Of a stretch of 64,000 bases of DNA, positions 60,701 to 64,000 are shown in pieces. Positions within the stretch are counted from its first letter, which is position 1. Each line of letters starts with the position of its first letter. The DNA lies in the NCBI GenBank assembly GCA_051362555.1, contig CM120644.1:12112567-12176566 (forward strand), written 5' to 3'. The position numbers were made by a program, and so were the translations under genes. Under the pieces are notes generated by a model. That model did not search any database, had not been told where the DNA came from, and saw only the letters and a program-made list of their open reading frames with translations. Origin of the DNA: Lingula anatina. Its lineage: Eukaryota > Animalia > Brachiopoda.

Positions 60701-62839
60701 GATTGGATCTGACAAACTGCAATGATGAGTTCCTTTCCATTTTTGATACTTTATTACACAATGCATGATAACAGGTTTACCATCATTTTTATATAATCAA
60801 CTAACAATATTGTTAAGAAGCAGAAAATGTCAAAACAACACTTTTACATATCTAATTAGTTCCATATTGAGACTGTTAACATGCCTAAGAATTAAATCTG
60901 AAGAAAAAAAACACTTATATACAAAAAGGCTAATAACTTCATCAAAACTTAACTGATCAAGCTTATTTTCAAACTTGATCTGTATACTAGTCAGACTAAT
61001 CACGGCTGTGAGTTGCAAGACAAAAGGCTGATTGATTTTCCTTAAAATGTGTTATCAGTGTTGCATATATGCTGAATAAGTAAAAAAACAGCATAACAGT
61101 TGTAAATATAGTCCAATCAAGCCAATTTTCAAACTTGAAATGCGTATTATGAATATTCATCAGTTTCAATCCAAAAAGAAAAACATTTTTACACTGATCC
61201 TGTTTTCCGTGTTACAAAAATGCTGAAAATTTTGAAAAAAAAAAACCATCATAACTTCCCTAAAATTGGCCGGATCATGCTGAATTTCAAACTTGACCTG
61301 CGTATTATAAATATTAATCAGTTCTGTAAGTTTCAAGCCAAAAAGTAAAACGGTATTTTACTTATCGTGTTATCAGTGCTACGTAAATGCTGAAAAAAGT
61401 GAAACAAGACAGCACTGTTCTGAAATGGGTTTATTTCCATTTTTAAGACTTTTTAAACATAAAACAAAATAAACAGTTTACTGCCATTTTTATATGACCA
61501 ACTAAGAAAATTGATGAGATGGGAAAATATCAATAAGACAGTGTTATATGTCCAATTTCCTCCATTATGAGATTCTGAACATAGTGGATGATTGAATCTG
61601 ACAAACTGCAATGATATGTGTTTATTTCCATTTTTGACACTTTATTACACAATACACGATAACAGGTTTACTATCATTTTTACAAAATCAACTAACAATG
61701 TTGTAAAGATGCAGGAAATGCCAAACAAACACTTTTACGTATCTTATTAGTTAAATAATGAGACTGTTAACATGCCTAAGAATTGAATGTGAGGAAATGT
61801 GAAAAAACAGCATAACTTCTAAAATAATGGACCAATTATGCTGATTTTCCAACTCAACCTTCGTTTTAGTAAGATTGGCCACTCCTATGAGTATTATGAC
61901 AATTGGCCTATCTGTTTTTCACTTATCGTGTTATCAGTGTTGCATATATGCTGAAAAAAGTGAAAAAAAACAGCTTAACTTCCATAAAAGTGGACCAATC
62001 ATGCTGATTTTCAAACTCAACCTGTGTATTATGAATATTTATCAGTTCTGTAAGTTTCAAGCCAAAGGGTAAAACAGCTTTTCATTTATTGTGTTATCGG
62101 TGTTGCAAAAATGCTGAAAAAAAGTGAAAAAATAGCCTAAATTCAGTAAAAATGACCCAATCATGCTGATTTTCAAACTTGACCTGCGTATTATGAATAT
62201 TCATCAGTTCGGTAAGTTTCAAGCCAAAAGGTAAAATGGTTTTCCATTTATGGTGTTATCGGTGCTGTATATATGCTGAAAAAAGAGAAAAAATAGCCTA
62301 AATTTACTAAAAATGACCCAATCACGCTGATTTTCGAACTTGACCTGCGTATTATGAATATTCATCAGTTCTGTAAGTTTCAAGCCAAAAGGTAAAATGG
62401 TTTTCCATTTATGGTGTTATCGGTGCTGTATATATGCTGAAAAAAGAGAAAAAATAGCATAAATTCCCTATAAGTGACCCGATCATGCTGATTTTCGAAC
62501 TTGACCTGCGTTTTATAAATATTCATTAGTTCTGTAAGTTTCAAGCCAAAAGGTAAAACGGTTTTCCACTTATCGTGTTATCGGTGCTGCATATATGCTG
62601 AAAAAAGTGAAAAAAACAGCATAAATTCCCTATAAGTGACCCAATCATGCTGATTTTCGAACTTGACCTGCGTATTATGAATATTCATTAGTTCTGTAAG
62701 TTTCAAGCCAAAAGAAAAAACAGTTTTCCACTTATCGTGTTATCGGTAAAAGTGCACGGCGACGACGGCAACGACGGCGACGGCGACGACAGACGCAGAT
62801 GACGGCTATATGTACAGACACATCTGTGTCTGTACATAA
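57710..62839 (-). mobile_element. HINE family B copy 2 (longer form, interrupted by a family C element)
   Basis: Same termini and internal sequence as 40826-43487, plus ~2 kb extra (about 59460-61480); ~161-bp array at about 61800-62750. Confidence 0.85.
57835..58675 (-). mobile_element. HINE family C element nested in family B copy 2
   Basis: Absent from the matching site in family B copy 1 (~40949). Left AA|CTAG, hairpin ACTGGC-taaa-GCCAGT, subterminal IR AGGATTCCCC (57866-57875) matching GGGGAATCCT (58664-58673), terminal hairpin, adjacent (AAT)n. Confidence 0.88.
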
Positions 62840-63788
62840 AAAGTGGACCTTTTACCATAAAATCCTCAAGTACATAGATCAAATTTTACCCAAAGTGGAC
62901 CTTTTCCCAGCAAAAAGGTGGTTCTTTCGAACCGCCCAAACCCCCTGGCTACGTGCCTGTCCAGTGTCTGCGAGAGGTGTTAAAGGCATGTATTGTGAGG
63001 TGAAAACAAAACCTCTCCGGCAGAGGTAATAATGGTTCTATCACTTCGTTGTTACATAAATCACGGCCTAGATGGAATGATGACCAAACTGCATGGCATT
63101 TTCCTGGCTTAAAACCTCAAGATCAGACTTAATTTGAATGCCTGTCACTGCTCACAATCAGATTTAAAAGGCACAGGTCTGTATAGCAAGCAAAGGGCTT
63201 CTTTTTCTGAAAAAGTGGGACTTTTTTTAACCCACTTAGCTGACTCAACTTCAGAAATAGCACAGAACCTAGATTAAATTTGGATGCAGAGCAGGTTTTT
63301 TTCTGGACGAGAGGGTGCATTGTTTTTTTTTAGCCCCTCCCTCTCAAAAACCCTCCCTGGCCCGATGCACTTGAAATACTACGACACCGACTCCACTCCA
63401 AACCCAATGATCCTGAGACCACACATGGAATACAAAGGGTATGAAAATGAAAAGCACGCATCAAACACTTATTCCATAAAACATCTCGAATTTGCCAATG
63501 CTGATGAGCATGCTCTCATACAGTAACTTAATAAGCTGGTAATCAAGATGCCATTCTGCATCTAAAATTGCCTTCAATCCCGGGGAAAATGTAATAACAG
63601 AGCACATACCATCCAGGGCAGTATAATTTCTCTTTTCGCTGGAAGTCTAACGAGAATACTGATTCCCCATTACTTTTACATTAATGAAGCATATTGCATT
63701 ATAGCATGGAGACTATACTGTGAGAACAGGGGGTCGTTTCATAAAGCATTCACTTGGCAACTTAAATGTGAGAATGAGAGTAAACTTA

Positions 63789-64000
63789 GGCTGTATTCCC
63801 AGAGCTTTTAGATCGATCTATCCCCGCGGGGAGTCTCACTAGATTACTGTTAGATAATCCGGCTTAAATGTCCGTCCCGCCTACTACAAGCTGTAAGGGG
63901 GTAATTAACTTTCGTGTCCGCTCGGCTGACAGCTATTTAGCATGAACCCCCAGGGAGTTAGGTCGATCTAAAGTAGATTGATCTAATCTCTGGAAATGGG
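63789..64000. mobile_element. PIF/Harbinger-like MITE running off the window end
   Basis: TTA|GGCTGTATTCCCAGA start; collinear with 10131-10355. Confidence 0.75.

Larger units (their letters stand above)
57665..62959. mobile_element. Small CAGG-ended TIR element (MITE, ~165 bp when empty) split by the family B insertion
   Basis: TIRs CAGGCCCGTAGCCAG / CTGGCTACGTGCCTG (1 mismatch in 15); flanking 5-bp direct repeat TCCAG at 57660-57664 and 62960-62964. Confidence 0.75.

Noticed and set aside
1-64000. miR-153, which is intronic in vertebrate PTPRN/PTPRN2
   Set aside because: No TTGCATAGTCACAAAAGTGA or its complement was seen by eye; the vertebrate host intron lies in the PTP-domain region, which is outside this window.

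Overview
This is AT-rich, microsatellite-rich animal DNA, probably from a marine invertebrate; the taxon cannot be fixed from sequence alone. The whole window appears to lie inside one large minus-strand gene, an IA-2/phogrin (PTPRN/PTPRN2-family) receptor pseudophosphatase. Eight coding exons between 51088 and 8682 (994 nt) were assembled by hand with GT-AG sites and matching phases. They encode part of the pro-region, the SEA-like ectodomain, the transmembrane helix and the juxtamembrane 'ADYQDLCRQRM...SSTSSW' segment. The start codon and PTP domain were not found and probably lie outside the window. Two extra candidate cassette exons were seen: an 18-nt in-frame microexon and a 69-nt stop-containing exon. 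The introns hold five copies from three sequence-unrelated families of non-autonomous Helentron/Helitron2-type (HINE/DINE-1-like) elements with identical terminal architecture. Two families carry 146-bp or ~161-bp satellite arrays, and all are rich in AGGTCA nuclear-receptor half-sites. There is a three-level nested insertion with an internal empty-site control, one insertion 10 nt from a splice acceptor, several MITE families and an RTE-like LINE remnant. Almost all ORFs in the supplied track are spurious.
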